This document shows, piece after piece, positions 38,816 to 52,689 of a stretch of 64,000 nucleotides of DNA. Within the stretch, counting starts at the first letter, position 1, and each line of letters starts with the position of its first letter. Source of the stretch: Saccostrea cucullata. Taxonomy: Eukaryota. The DNA is taken from NCBI RefSeq assembly GCF_032062105.1, contig NW_026920697.1, forward strand, positions 62,001-126,000, read 5' to 3'. The notes beneath the pieces are model-generated. The model had not been told where the DNA came from. It made no database searches and saw only the letters and a program-made list of their open reading frames with translations. Made by a program: the position numbers and the translations under genes.

Positions 38816-39459
38816 CATTTAAACCTATGCTACCCGTAATCAAATATAGTATATCCTCACTAAGGCTATTCAAAGACTGACAGGAAATTGTATGTTTGTT
38901 TGTTAACTTTATATTAACATGTTACCCCATGCCATATTTTTTTAATGTGAAATGAAGTGTTTCATTGCATTTATGTTTTAAGTGTGCATTACAAAGAATT
39001 TGATTTTTCACCTAACCAGCTTCTTTGACAATTTAACCAAACATCTCTGAAGAGACTGTAACTCTCCTGGTTCTTACTTAGTAAGCAAAGGTAGAGAAAA
39101 GGTGCACTTTGAATTGAACCTATGGCAACAGCAATACATTAAAAAAGTGGAAAACTGTCACTATGACAGCAATCCAGAGGCCTGTTCAACAGTGAGAATA
39201 TTTGCAAACTCTTGCCAAAATTCCTAATACCTCCAACAAAGGTGTTTGCAAGCACTTGCTCTGTTGAACTGGGCCCTGGTTTTGGTTTTCATTGTGTGAA
39301 CAATTTAATTATACACTATCCAAGAAAATCTATTTTAAATGTAGTAGAATGAAAAGTGTGTAGGTTGTCCCAAGATTGGCTCTAGATGGAAAATAACTCT
39401 TGTAAATATGGACATTGTATATTAAAAAAAAAATATATCCTAAAAATTCACTGGTTTGA

Positions 39460-41350
39460 GATAAAACCGATGCACAGAATTAATCTTAGTGTATCTACTT
39501 GTGTGATGAGTTATATTGAAATCAGACCAAAACTGTAGAAGGAGTAGCATTTTAAAGGAATTTCTCAGAAAATTCTATTTTTAGTAACCATGATCAAATG
39601 TTTAAATCAAAAACCGATGCACTATTTTATGTATCTTATAGTCTAATGTCAAGTGATATTGAAATGAGACCAAAACTTTAGAAGGAGTTAGCATTTTAAA
39701 GGAATTTCTGAGAAAATTCTATTTTTAGTAACCATTGCAACACTGCTCATCGAAATCAAAAACCGATGCACTATTTTATGCATCTTAGTGTAGTCTACTT
39801 GTGTGCCAAGTGATACTGAAATGAGACTAAAACTGTAGAAAGAGACAGAGTAGCGTTTTAAAGGAATTTCACAGAAAATTCTATTTTTAGTAACCATGGC
39901 AACATCGTTCATCGAAATCAAAAACCGATGCACTATTTTATGTATCTTAGTGTAGTCTACTTGTGTGCCATGTGATATTTAAATGAGACTCAAACTGTAG
40001 AAGGAGTAGCATTTTAAAGGAATTTCACAGAAAATTCTATTTTTAGTAACCATGGCAACATCGTTCATCAAAATCAAAAACTGATGCACTATTTTATGTA
40101 TCTTAGTGTAGTCTACTTGTTTGCCAAGTGATATTGAAATGAGACTAAAACTGTAGAAGGAGTAGCGTTTTAAAGGAATTTCACAGAAAATTCTATTTTT
40201 AGTAACCATGGCAACACTGTTCATCGAAATAAAAAACAGATGCACTATTTTACGTATCTTAGTATAGTTTACTTGTGTGCCAAGTGATATTTAAATGAGA
40301 CTAAAACTGTAGAAGGAGTAGAGTTTTAAAGGAATTTCTCAGAAAATTCTATTTTTAGTAACCATGGCCACATCGTTCATCGAAATCAAAAACCGATGCA
40401 CTATTTTATGTATCTTTGTGTAGTCTACTTGTGTGTCAAGTGATATTGAAATGAGACCAAAACTTTAGAAGGAGTTAGCATTTTAAAGGAATTTCTCAGA
40501 AAATTCTATTTTTAGTAACCATTGCAACACTGCTCATCGAAATCAAAAACCGATGCACTATTTTATGCATCTTAGTGTAGTCTACTTGTGTGCCAAGTGA
40601 TACTGAAATGAGACTAAAACTGTAGAAAGAGACAGAGTAGCGTTTTAAAGGAATTTCACAGAAAATTCTATTTTTAGTAACCATGACAACATCGTTCATC
40701 GAAATCAAAAACCTATGCACTATTTTATGTATCTTAGTGTAGTCTACTTGTGTGCCATGTGACAGTGAAATGAGACCAAAACTGTAGAAGGAGTAGCATT
40801 TTAAAGGAATTTCACAGAAAATTCTATTTTTAGTAACCATGGCAACATCGTTCAACAAAATCAAAAACCGACAAACTAATTTATGTATCTTAGTGTAGTC
40901 TACTTGTGTGTTAAGTAATATTGAAATCAGACCAAAACTGTAGAAGGAGTAGCGTTTTAAAGGATTTCTCAGAAAATCCTATTTTTAGTAACCATGGCAT
41001 CACCATTCATCGAAATCAAAAACCGGTGCACTAACTTATGTATCTTAGTGTAGTCTACTTGTGTGCCAAGTTATATTGAAATCGGACCAAAACTGTAGAA
41101 AGAATAGCGTTTTAAAGGAATTTTTCAGAAAATTCTATTTTTAGTAACCATGGCAACACCGTTCATCAAAATCAAAAACCGACATATTATTTATGTACCT
41201 TAGTGTAGTCTACTTGTGTGCCAAGTTATATTGAAATCAGACTAAAATTGTAGGAGGAGTAGCGTTTTGAAAAATTGTTTACAGACAGACGCCGGACGCA
41301 TTACTATCGCATAAGTTCTTCTGGTCTCTGACCAGTAGAGCAAAAAAAAT
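39460..41350 (-). repeat. ~156-bp tandem satellite (11-12 copies) within a HINE-like element
   Basis: TAGTAACCA at 39582, 39726, 39888, 40044, 40200, 40356, 40513, 40675, 40831, 40986, 41142; ends with GACAGACAGAC...CTTCTGGTCTCTGACCAGTAGAGCAAAAAA. Confidence 0.92.
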
Positions 41351-41664
41351 TTTATTCTAAAAACTCAAGGAGATAACACTCCTTCCAACAAAATCAATGT
41401 ACCATATTAGGATATTTTGCGTAGAAATAACTACGTTCAACAGCTGGTACTTTCATAATGATCAAATGTTTAAATCCAAGTAATATGCATACCTTTGATA
41501 AATGTCCAATTGATCTTAACAAGCAAATTCAAAGAATTGTGGTCCCCCACTTTCGGTGTCATTGTGGTTGAGATGCTATTTTTTATGACATATGGTGTCT
41601 AATATGAACACCCTATCATATGTCATTTATTTAGAAATTATCATTGAAGTTGATTTTTTTTAAA

Positions 41665-42632
41665 GACAAGGTCAATCATGAAGGTCAAAGGGTAAGAAAT
41701 CATGGCATGCTCGGAATTATCTTGTCACAGGTAATGCACATGTCAAGTATGAAAGCCCTATTTCTTCTCAATATAAGGAACAAGATGTGTTTGTGAAGCA
41801 CTGATGACCCCGTATGGCAACATAACAAACTTTTCTTAAATGCAAATTAAATATATTATTATATTACCCAAAGTAGGGTTTTTCTCACAAGAAATATGAT
41901 TGTGAAATACAAAATCCCTAGCACCACCTGTTCAAAAGTTAAAGTCGAGTATAAATTTTTGAAAGATAGGTTAAACTCCAAGATGAAAGGGTCTGAGTTG
42001 TTGGTTTCCTAAGAAAGGTCTTATCACAAGTAATACATATGTGAAGGATGAAAACCCTAACCATTCCAAAGTTATGGCCAAGGTTAAAGTTTTTTAAAAG
42101 TAGGTCAACTCCAAAGTCAAGGTCAAAGGGTTAAAGTTCTTGGTATCCAATGAAAGGTCTTCTCACAAGGATTACATATGTGAAGTACAAAAGCCCTAGC
42201 CCTTACCGTTCAAAAGTTATGGTCAAGATTAAATTTTTTTCATAAGTACAGAAATCTCCAAGGTCAAAGTTGTTGGTATCCAATGAAAGATCTTGTCACA
42301 AAGAAAACATATGTCATATGTGAAATATGATATGTCATATGTGAAATATGAAAGTCCTAGTACCTACCATTCAAAAGTTATGGTCAAAGTAAAAGTTTAG
42401 AATTTTTGTGTAAAAGTGGGTCAAACTCCAAGGTCAAGGTCAAAAGGTCACATTTGGTGGTGCCCAAAGAAAGGTATTGTCATAAGGAATACACACGTGA
42501 AATATGAAAATCGTAGCTCCACTAAATCAAAAGTTATGGGCAAGGTTTAAGTTTTTGTGACGGACAGACAGACTGACAGACAAGACGATTGAGATTTAAT
42601 GTCCCCTCGCTTTCGCAAAAGGGGGGGACAAC
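41665..42632 (-). mobile_element. HINE-like element(s) with degenerate tandem units (family of 30757-31330)
   Basis: Repeated CAAAAGTTATGG.CAAG...AGGTCAAGGTCAAA...AAAGGTCTT.TCACAAG; GACGGACAGACAGAC terminus. Confidence 0.7.
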
Positions 42633-42647
42633 TTGTGTGCCAAGTTA

Positions 42648-42876
42648 TACCGTATAAGTAGAAATTTTAGAAAGATGCAAATTAAGCTATTTGACCTTTA
42701 AATCTGGTATTTAATTTTAGCGAGAAGTAATTTAAGCGATTTTAAAATGTTCAACTAAGAAGCAATTGCAAATAAAACGCAATTAATTTTTAGCAATATT
42801 CAATTTTAGCGATCTAAGCACCCTCGCCAATAATGCCAAAATTAAATCCTTGCCAAAAATTCTTGCTTATACGGTA
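42648..42876. mobile_element. MITE (family copy at 53918-54147)
   Basis: TACCGTATAAGTAGAAATTTT ... AAAATTCTTGCTTATACGGTA inverted ends. Confidence 0.75.
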
Positions 42877-43192
42877 TTAAAATCAGTAGGAGTAGAAATT
42901 TGAACTACTGAGTAGAAATTTGAATTTCTAGACAGATGGACAAAGGACACCTTACTATTGCATAAGTTCTTCTGGTCTTTAACCAGCAGAGCTTAAAATA
43001 AAATAACACAATCCCATCTGGAAGTAGCAATTTATTGCATGATAGATGTGAACCTTATTAAATAACAAACACCTGGGACAAAAAAATATATGAGTTATGA
43101 AAAATATCCTGCACATAAACTGGGAAATCACAGACAAATGCCTTGATTGTCCACAATGGGATTATGCTTCCAGAATCGGATGGACTGACCTT

Positions 43193-44676
43193 TCACCTCT
43201 TGGCTGTGGACTTCCTGGACTGCCACATATCAAACTTCCTGTTAGCTGTGGCCAGTAGTTCCTCCATATGACCAGTCAGCTGTGGAACAAAATTATCATT
43301 GTAATCTGTTACTGTCATTACAACAGAAAAAAGTTGAGAAGTTTGAATTAGGAAATAAAAACATAAGCTTGGTGTTTAGTGATGTTCCTTTTAGAAGAAT
43401 TGTGTTTCCCCTAGATAGGAAAATGACATCTTTATGGTGAATAGTACAAATTAATCACAGGTAGTGTTGGATAATATTCATGAATGAATGCCTTTTCACA
43501 AGATTAGGACCTTTACTGAGTGTTCCATGATTATACTGTACTAAAAAAAAAGTAATACACGGGCCTTATAGGTCACCTGAGCATTATGCAACAACTATCC
43601 AGTTACAGTGTATTGAATTTGATTCATGTTTTAAGCCAGATGCTATATGGCATTACAATTTTAAAAATTGATCATCATAACAATAAACTTAGCAGTTGTA
43701 GCTTGGTTATTGAATACCCATAAGCAGGGTAGTGGAATAAGAACTCCAACTAATCAGTAATATTAATCAATCTCTAGTGCCCCTAACACTCTCACATAAA
43801 CCCCTGACCCTAGGTTGCACAAATTTTTAAAAGGCACCCTTAAAATTGCCTATCAAAAAGTAAATAAATGTTTTATAAATACAAAGGATAATTTCAAACA
43901 ATTAATTCATTTTCAGTATATAAAAAGCCCCCACCCCAAACCTGGGGCCTTGAAATTACAATTCTGAGAAAAATTGTTCATCATAACTATATAGGTAGTC
44001 ATCTTTCATAAAGACATAAATTTGATTTAATGTACAATGTATTTTCATAAAATTCAATACAGCCCCACCCTGTGCATATACAGACCCTGGGGTAAATTCA
44101 TAATTTTAGAAGAGGCATTCTTGCTCATCATAACTATGCACTTACTGTATTTAATACCTAGGAGCAGAGAAGAAGATTTTCAAAGAATTCATGTATTTTC
44201 ACTATATAATCAATAAACCCCCCCCCCCCCTACCAGAACCACTGACGCTGGGGCCATAAAATTCACAATTTTTGTAGAGGCACTCTTACTCATCATAACT
44301 ATGTACTTAGTTTATTTAATACTCAGAAGCAGAGAAGAAGATTTTCAAAGAATTCATGTATTTTCACCATATGAGAAAATACTGATCCCCCCCCCCCCCC
44401 CCCCAACACCATAACCCTTGACCCTGGGGCCATAAAATTCACAATTTTGGTAGAGGCACTCTTGCTCATCATAATTATTTACTTACTTGGTTTATTTAAT
44501 ACACAGGGGCAGAGAAGAAGATTTTCAAAGAAATCATGTATTTTTACTATATAATCAATAGAGCCCCACCCTAACACCAGAACCCCTGACCCTGGGGCCA
44601 TAAAATTCATAATTTTGTAAGGCAATCTTGCTCATTATAACCATGTACTTAGTTGGTTTATTTAATACACAGGAGC

Positions 44677-44710
<34 letters not shown>

Positions 44711-47700
44711 CACTATATACTTATTTAGCCCTGCCCTAGCACTAGAACCCCTGACCCCAGGGCCATGAATTTCACAATTTTGGTAGAGGACTCAATGCTG
44801 ATTACAATCATGCAAATAGTTTGACTGCTTGATGTCCAGGAGTAAAGAAGAAGATTTTTAAAGATTGCATTAATTTTAGTGGTTTTGGCCCCACCCCTCA
44901 CCCCAGGGGGGCAGGGATCATGAAATTCACAATTTTTGTTCCCCTTCACCCATAGATGCTTTGTGCCAAATTTGGTTGAATTGGTTCAGTGGTTGCAGAG
45001 AAGAAGCTGAAAATGTTCAAATGTTAACACACGACACACGACACACAACACACGACACACGACGGACGACGACGGACGAAAACGGATAGCAATAGGTCAC
45101 CTGAGTTTACTCAGGTGACCTAAAAAAGTAATACATCTATAAGTAGGAAACAAGAAGACCTATCAGTACTTGGAATGTGTAATGATCTTCCTGAATGGGA
45201 AATACATATTAGAAAGTTAGACTTACATTGAGTGTGTAGTGGTACTCCTGAAGTCGTTCCTTTAGGGGAATAAGCTTTGCCATTTGAAACCTCTCTAGTG
45301 TAGACTTCATTCGTATAACCTTCAGCGCAAAGAAAAATAAATTTATGTATTTATTTTAAAAATAATTTCATAAGGACATGGCAAAAAAAAAACCTAGGTA
45401 GATTTACAGATAGAGAAAAATTGTGAATGTCTTTTATAAATCATATACTTGATTTCGAACAAATATAAAATTCAATACATTTATGTGCATATAAATTGTA
45501 AATGCTTGGGATTTCTCTTAATTTCTGTGTGTAATGGATGGCTAGATCTTTATGCAATGATTATACCTAATGTATCTCAGAAGTCTGATAAGCACATACA
45601 TGTACATATACTGGTACATACAGAATAGGAAACCATGTAATGTGCCATTTTTACCAAAGAAAATACTGATCATCCAGCAGTTTGAAGAGGTACAAAACAA
45701 AGTGGAAAATTTATATTGATGAAATACATGTACACAGTTCAATATATTCATGGCAGAAAATGCACCATTTTAAAACTCAAAACACTTGTAAAACTTTACC
45801 GGTAATAAGATTTCTACTGAAATATGCAATGAAAATCTTCTGACCATCCTTGGGTAAGCTCTGTAGAAGAGGCACACTTAGCATTTAGTGTGCTTGGATA
45901 AATGGCCTATGTATCCCCTACCTTTTCCTCCAGTGATTTAGATGACACAGGAAAACAGGTCCAGAAATGTCGGAGTAGCTCCAGCAGAGCGCTGTAGTTA
46001 GCCTTCACTTCCTCCTGAACATCTTGTGGGACTATCTCTGTCGACAATCGGGATCAGAATGAGTCAGAAGAAAATGATACTTTTATTTGATTAGCGACCT
46101 GCGCCCATCACCATGTGCAGTTAAGAATTGAGCAAAATTTTACATCACTTCATTTAAACGTTTTTTGATTGGGAAAAAGCTACATGACCAATCATGCCTC
46201 AATATTCCAAAATAGGATCAAGACTTTGATACTCACGATTAAGCTGTTGATGACTTGTTCCTTTCATTAATGCCCCTCCTGGTGACAATTCACTGAGTAT
46301 TACAATGGCCCGGGACCCCTGAAGTACCTGAATAATAAATAACACCTCATCTTCAGATAGTCACAATGTAAGGGCTTGATATGTACTATTTCACAAAGCA
46401 ATGAAATAATGAGTACATGCCAAATTTTAAAATGACCATAAAAGATCTCCATCTATATACAATGTTAGCATCCACAATCATATCACTAATTAAAAACATC
46501 ATATCACTTTCATTTTAAATTTTCACAAAAAATTTAAATATCTAATTAAACATTCAGTCAATCATTTGCATTGATGATTGACTTTTCCTACAATTACATA
46601 CAGTGACCTACATTTGAGAGATCAGGTGACCAGTATTCAACGTCACGCATCACTGACTCTGATGCTTGAACAAGATCTTCACTAGTTGTATATCGGGACA
46701 GAGTGACGGGTGTCGGCCCATGTAAATAGCCCTCCATCTTGTGTAACTGGAGATTCACATTCTTTTTACTGTTTGTATCTCTCAGATCATCCATGTGAAT
46801 TTTTTCCTGAAGTCTTTGTTTTTTCACAGCTGGTTCCCAGTAGTCTTTACTGGTACCTGGCTCGGAGTCTTCTCTGGCCACCCCATTCACCTTGGGAGCA
46901 TCACTGCCATTTTGAGTATTGCTCTGCTGTGAAGCATGGTCTTTCTGATTAGAGTTCAGAGCGCTTTGTGAGACTTTTGTACAAGCCTTTAGCACCATTG
47001 TTGAGTGATGATTAAATCTACGAATCATGGTTCCGTTCGTTACATTACTACTGATCCGTGTGTCTTCTGTTTGTCCTCGATAATCCTGGAATTATAAAAC
47101 TCAATAAAAGATCTTACTAGTAAGACAAGCCCAATAAAAGTCACTGTGCAGAATTACAATGGCACCTTACGTACCTCGTGAACAGAGGAGTCTGAGATTT
47201 TAGTGAGATCCAGGAAGGGGTCGGACATTTTCACAGAAATCTCTTCTTTCATGTCTGAAATAAAAACAAATTTTCAAACGTGGACACCATGAGATATCAA
47301 AATGTTATAAACATTATGCATGACATAAGTTTCATGTTAACATTTTCTCAGCAAAATTCATACATTTTTGATAATTTTATCACCAACCTTTTTCATCACT
47401 TTTGGCACAATCTGAGAATACATCTTTTGTTCCCATCACGGTCCGATCTCTGTGGAAGTAATGGGACTGGAAAAACCTCGTCCAGAACTCACTCTCCGTC
47501 ATGTCATGTGGAACATGCTCTGCATGCTTCTTCTTCACTGTTGAAAAACATAAAATAAGTATATAAATTCAGATTTTTCAGCTTTGCATTACTTTTATTT
47601 CGTTTACATGTATCTTACCCATGGGATAGGTTCAGGAAATAGACTAGACAATGTTTGTTATCTTACCCATGGGATAGGTTCAGGAAATAGACTAGACAAT

Positions 47701-50700
47701 GTTTGTTTGTTATCTTACCCATGGGATAGGTTCGAAATAGACTAGACAATGTTTGTTATCTTACCCATGGGATAGGTTAAGGAAATAGACTAGACAATGT
47801 TTGTTTGTTATCTTACCCATGGGATAGGTTCAGGAAATAGACTAGACAACGTTTGTTTGTTATCTTACCCATGGGATAGGTTCAGGAAATAGACTAGACA
47901 ATGTTTGTTTGTTATCTTACCCATGGGATAGGTTCAGGAAATAGACTAGACAATGTTTGTTATCTTACCCATGGGATAGGTTCGAAATAGACTAGACAAT
48001 GTTTGTTTGTTATCTTACCCATGGGATAGGTTAAGGAAATAGACTAGACAATGTTTGTTTGTTATCTTACCCATGGGATAGGTTCCAGAAATAGACTAGA
48101 CAATGTTTGTTTGTTATCTTACCCATGGGATAGGTTCAGGAAATAGACTAGACAATGTTTGTTTGTTATCTTACCCATGGGATAGGTTCGGAAAATAGAC
48201 TCAATGATGTCTGCTGTCAGGTTGTATTTTAATCCATTACATCCATCTGTCTGAGGCTTTATATCAGCCTATACAAGTAAACAAAGGGTTAAAGTTATAT
48301 TTCAAACAAAATTAAACTATTCATATTATACTTGTAATATTACCATTTTCCTCCTTCTTTTGTCAAATCTGGAACTAAACTAGGATACATGTATTTATGT
48401 ACCAGGTATTTAGATAAAAGAACAGATGTCTTTACATATTAATCAAAGTGAACAAATCAGATCAGAATAATCATATCTAAGATAAATTCATCTGCATTCT
48501 AGATCTATATCAAAGCTGCAATATTCCGAATTTAAGTCAGACTGATAAAATAAATCTGAAAATTGATGTAAGATGGTATACATTCTTAGTGGCAATTAAA
48601 AAATCTGAGTCAGAATAATGTGCCTATTTAAGAAACTGATGTAAAATTTCTACCAAGAAAGCTGCTGATACTCCAACGCTCTGTGACTTCTCTGGTTTTG
48701 TATTGCTTTGGTTTTTCTAAAATGAGACAAGATGAACATGAAGGATAACACAGGACTCTCAAAGGAAGTATTCAGAGTCAAACTGGATTCATATGCTGCT
48801 GGTTTTGGCACAGATTGTAATTAGCCAATATAAGACCAATCAGAGTAAAGATAATATAATTATAAAGATAGGGCTTAACAATAGCAGAGTAAAATGTTGA
48901 ATAAAAACTCTTCTGTTAAAATATCACAAAACAAGATCTAGAATTCTTATAGAAGTTTTTAAATCATTTATCACTGAGGACATAAAGTTAATTTAAAAAA
49001 TTATACTGCTTACAACATACCTGTCAACTCTCCCGAATTTATCGGGAGTCTACCGATTTTTAAGCATCCCTACCGACTGTCTACCGATTTTTTTTTAAAC
49101 TGCCGTTTCTACCGATTTTGAAAAAATCCGGATTTTTTACCTACTTGGGTTCGTAAAATACCGATTAGTCAACACAAAAATGGAGGACATGCAGTGTTTA
49201 CCGATAGCTAATCTGTTTATTGCCACTGATAACAGGTAATCAACAAGGTGTCAACTGTGCTAGCAGATGTAATTGCAGTTGTAATTGCTCCTTGTTCTCA
49301 TTAAAAGTGTATATTATCAAAGACAGAGATGCCAATGTGAAAATTTTTACAGAACATGATGGTAAATAACATACTTGACACTTTGCTGCAAATAAGTTTA
49401 CAAGTGTCTAAGACAAAACTATTTCTCCATAAACAATACAGTGATCAGGAAAGATGTAGCTACAGTACTCTATTATTAATTTAACAAGGAGAGGGAAACA
49501 ATTTCATGGAAGCTAATATAAATGAAGAGTCTGAAGATTTCCCCACAGATTTTGAGATTCAATCTCTTAGTAAATCCTGCATCAACATCAGCATATAACA
49601 GCCCCTGGAACTACAGAGCAACAAGACAGTCAGTGTCTTTAGAAGACTTCTTTAAAGCTAAACAGGGTAATACATTTCTGAATTAAAATATAAAATTAGC
49701 ACATTAGAACATTACTAATTAAAAAAGTTTTATATTTAAAAATTCTGATATATGTTATGAGATTAAAAGGAAAAAAAAATACAGGGTCAATTATTTCATT
49801 CATACTAGATTACACATTATTTTAAGAATATAAGCATGAAATTTTGACATTTATTTCAATTTCAGATCTTTAAATCCAGGACACAACTCATGTAGACTTA
49901 ATGAGAAAATCCATTCATCCATCTATTAAAAGCTGAAAACTTGGACTGTCTGCAGAACCTTATTAATTTTTCTAATTGCCAAGTTGAACTATGACACTTG
50001 CCATGAATATTATATAAATGATGGTCTTATGGACAGACAGAATATATAGCATGTATAGTGAACATAAATTTTTATGATTTCAAAATTAAATCACATTGCA
50101 CAAGTTTCTAAACAATGTATGAATAAACAGTAAATTTTATGAATTATTGATAATGTTAATATTAATAATAAAGTTTTATCTTGTAAGTTGTTTATTTTTT
50201 TCTATTAAACAGTAAAATGAACGACTTTTTGTATTTGCAAAAGGTCGTCGCGCGTTTTCTCCCCCGAAAAATTTTGGCCATGTTGACAGGTATGTTACAA
50301 GGCTTTAGCCTTAACGATATCATGTAGTAGAGTTTAACTCTTAATTTTAAAGTCTCAACCCTTAAAGTTTTTAATTTATGAGAAAAAAAATTTACCCTTG
50401 AGGCCCAGAATTCATCAGCTGTGATGACTCCAGTTACTACCAGGTCTTTGTACAACTGGAATAACTCAGGGTTATCCTGCAGCATCCTGTGTAAACAAGA
50501 TTCAAGACAAGTTGTACAAATTGAACTTTGTTCTTGAACAAGATCTTACATTTCATACATTTTGTTTGCTATTAACCTTTACTGGAATGAATTAACCATC
50601 AGTTTTCAATTGTTACAGATCATAAGACAAAAGTTTGGCTAGCATGTATCAGAAGATGCTTCCTGCTGCAGAATCTAATTCCAGTTTTTCTTTTAAGATG

Positions 50701-52264
50701 TGACTGTATGTTTTGGTTGTGCAAAATTGAAAATTTAACTTTTTAAAGCCTTGAACAAAAATAATATTTCATGATAAAAGTGCTGGCGGGTGATAAAAAT
50801 ATTCTGGACTTTCTTAAGTTTATTTTCCATAAATAAATAGTTATGGATTCTATAAACTTAAGAGAACCATTGAGATCCAATTTTAATTTAAGATCTACTC
50901 GTTTATATTGACCTGTTTTTCTCCTCCAATTCACTGCTGAGTTTCCGTCGGAATTTTGGTATCAGCTGTTGTAGGAGGTCCTTTACACTGTCTCGGTCAG
51001 CAATAGCTGCTGCCCGTCCCTTAGGGTTGATGAAGTGAAATGTGTTGGCCCCTCCATCATGTAGAACCAACTGTAACTGAACCTTCTCTTTAGAGTCGGG
51101 AGAAATTTTCTGGGCTAAAATGACAATTTCACAATAAAATACATGATTATTATAAGGCTTTTCTATACAAAAAAAAATTAGGATCTTCCTCCCAGGTCTC
51201 TTCTGATGATTTTCTGATTTTAACTTGATTTTTTCCCCCAAAAATAAACGCAAATATGTATCATTACTTTCAAATGTATCTGCTATTGTTATTTTTGATG
51301 AAAATATAACATTTCGAACCTTTTAATCATTTTTCCTCCTTTAATAGACAATCAGCAGGTAACATAAAATCTATTGACTAGGGGTGGGACGATACACACA
51401 TCTTGCCTACGTATCCAGGTCTCTTCTGATATTATGATAAATTATAAAACTATTCCAAATAATAAGTATTTTATAGACATTAAATCAACAAATTATTCTA
51501 CATCAAATCATGTTAACTTTGCTTTGAAATTAATACTTGAAGTTCATCAATTTCAATAAAACTCTACAAAACATGATACATGTACATACTATTATTACAG
51601 AATTTGTTTACAAATAGTTGTGTATTTCTACTAAAATTCATTTAAAAACATCGATCATATTTACATTATTATTAAATCATTGCTGAAAGTGTGTCGCCAA
51701 GTTGAGATTACAAAAAAAGTACGAGATAGATTAACAATTTATAATATCAAATGTACTGGAAACGATATTTTCTGTGTATAGAACGCATTTCATACTGAAT
51801 AGCCTGCTTAAAAGTGAAAACGTTTTACCCTTAATCAACGACTTATTAGTTCTAAAGTGTGTCTTCAATATCAAAATGATCTCTTCACTTCGTAAATCAT
51901 TTTCAAAGGACAGGTACTTTCATTTTCAATTTTTGGATGGGTCGTTCGTGTATCGTTTCGTACCGATATTTGAATGCTTGTATCGTAAACCGTATCTTGA
52001 AGGAAAAATATCGGTATGTATCGGTGTATCGGTATATCGTCCCACCCCTACTATTGACCTTTAATGTCAGCGTACATAGAGCTGTCAGATGGAGTATAAA
52101 AGCTACTGACCTTTAATGTCGGCATACATATAGCTGATGGAGAATGTGCTTTTGCTGCCCTGCATCCATCCCATTCTCTCGCCCATCATGTATAACGTCC
52201 CATCCGTCTTCTTGTTGCGGACATTGTTAACAATGAGCAGCACTTCCTCTGACCTTGCTGCCAT
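43193..52264 (-). CDS. GTF2H1: General transcription factor IIH subunit 1 (p62). Exons 52264-52111, 51114-50913, 50486-50396, 48716-48654, 48268-48175, 47537-47388, 47254-47175, 47085-46612, 46327-46237, 46037-45922, 45319-45227, 43279-43193
   Basis: [25 protein letters not shown]; [24 protein letters not shown]; [27 protein letters not shown]; [30 protein letters not shown]; [16 protein letters not shown]; [13 protein letters not shown]; [12 protein letters not shown]. Confidence 0.96.
43555..45126 (-). mobile_element. HINE/Helentron-like element with ~180-bp tandem satellite in the last GTF2H1 intron
   Basis: TAGGTCACCTGAGTTTACTCAGGTGACCTAAAAA palindromic end; (GACAC/GACG)n microsatellite; repeated GCAGAGAAGAAGATTTTCAAAGAA; GGGCCTTATAGGTCACCTGAG at the other end. 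Confidence 0.8.
47611..48200. repeat. 46-52-bp minisatellite (12 copies) derived from a GTF2H1 exon end plus 5' splice site
   Basis: Unit TATCTTACCCATGGGATAGGTTCAGGAAATAGACTAGACAATGTTTGT(TTGT). Confidence 0.95.
49016..50294. mobile_element. 1.28-kb non-autonomous DNA transposon, 13-bp inverted ends, 6-bp target-site duplication
   Basis: CATACCTGTCAAC ... GTTGACAGGTATG flanked by TTACAA on both sides. Confidence 0.82.
51379..52050. mobile_element. hAT-type MITE (672 bp)
   Basis: Inverted ends TAGGGGTGGGACGATA / TATCGTCCCACCCCTA; 8-bp duplication CTATTGAC at 51371-51378 and 52051-52058. Confidence 0.88.
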
Positions 52265-52689
52265 CCTGGTTTATCTGAGATTCCTGCTTAAATAAATGAT
52301 GGATACTAAACAAATAGAAAGCAATAAAATTGCTACAACCCATATTATTTTTTCTTATGGGCCTATTATTCACAGACACCAAATAAAATAATTAAATAAT
52401 CCCTGTCTTGCAAACAATACACTAAAAAAAACAAAGGATGTCAAAATATTATATAGTCAACTTAAGATCACTTCGGGAGACTTTCACACACACGAGAGAG
52501 ACTGAGAGGCACTTACTGCGTTGTGCCTTGTGAAGTCAGAACTTGTTTAATAAATAAAACAACTTACAGCAATTGTTATTGTAGATTTCTCTTGTTAGTT
52601 CATCTTCTACATTACCTTCTGACTTCTATGACACGGGTTTCATGGTTTCTGTAAACGTTAGTTCATTTTCCCGTTCTTTTCTTCAGGTG

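Noticed and set aside
39688-40864. Three similar ORFs (MVTKNRIFCEIPLK...) as a repeat-protein family
   Set aside because: They are translations of the 156-bp satellite
47611-48200. CRISPR-like regular repeat array
   Set aside because: Units are contiguous with no unique spacers, derive from the host exon, and there are no cas genes in this eukaryotic context
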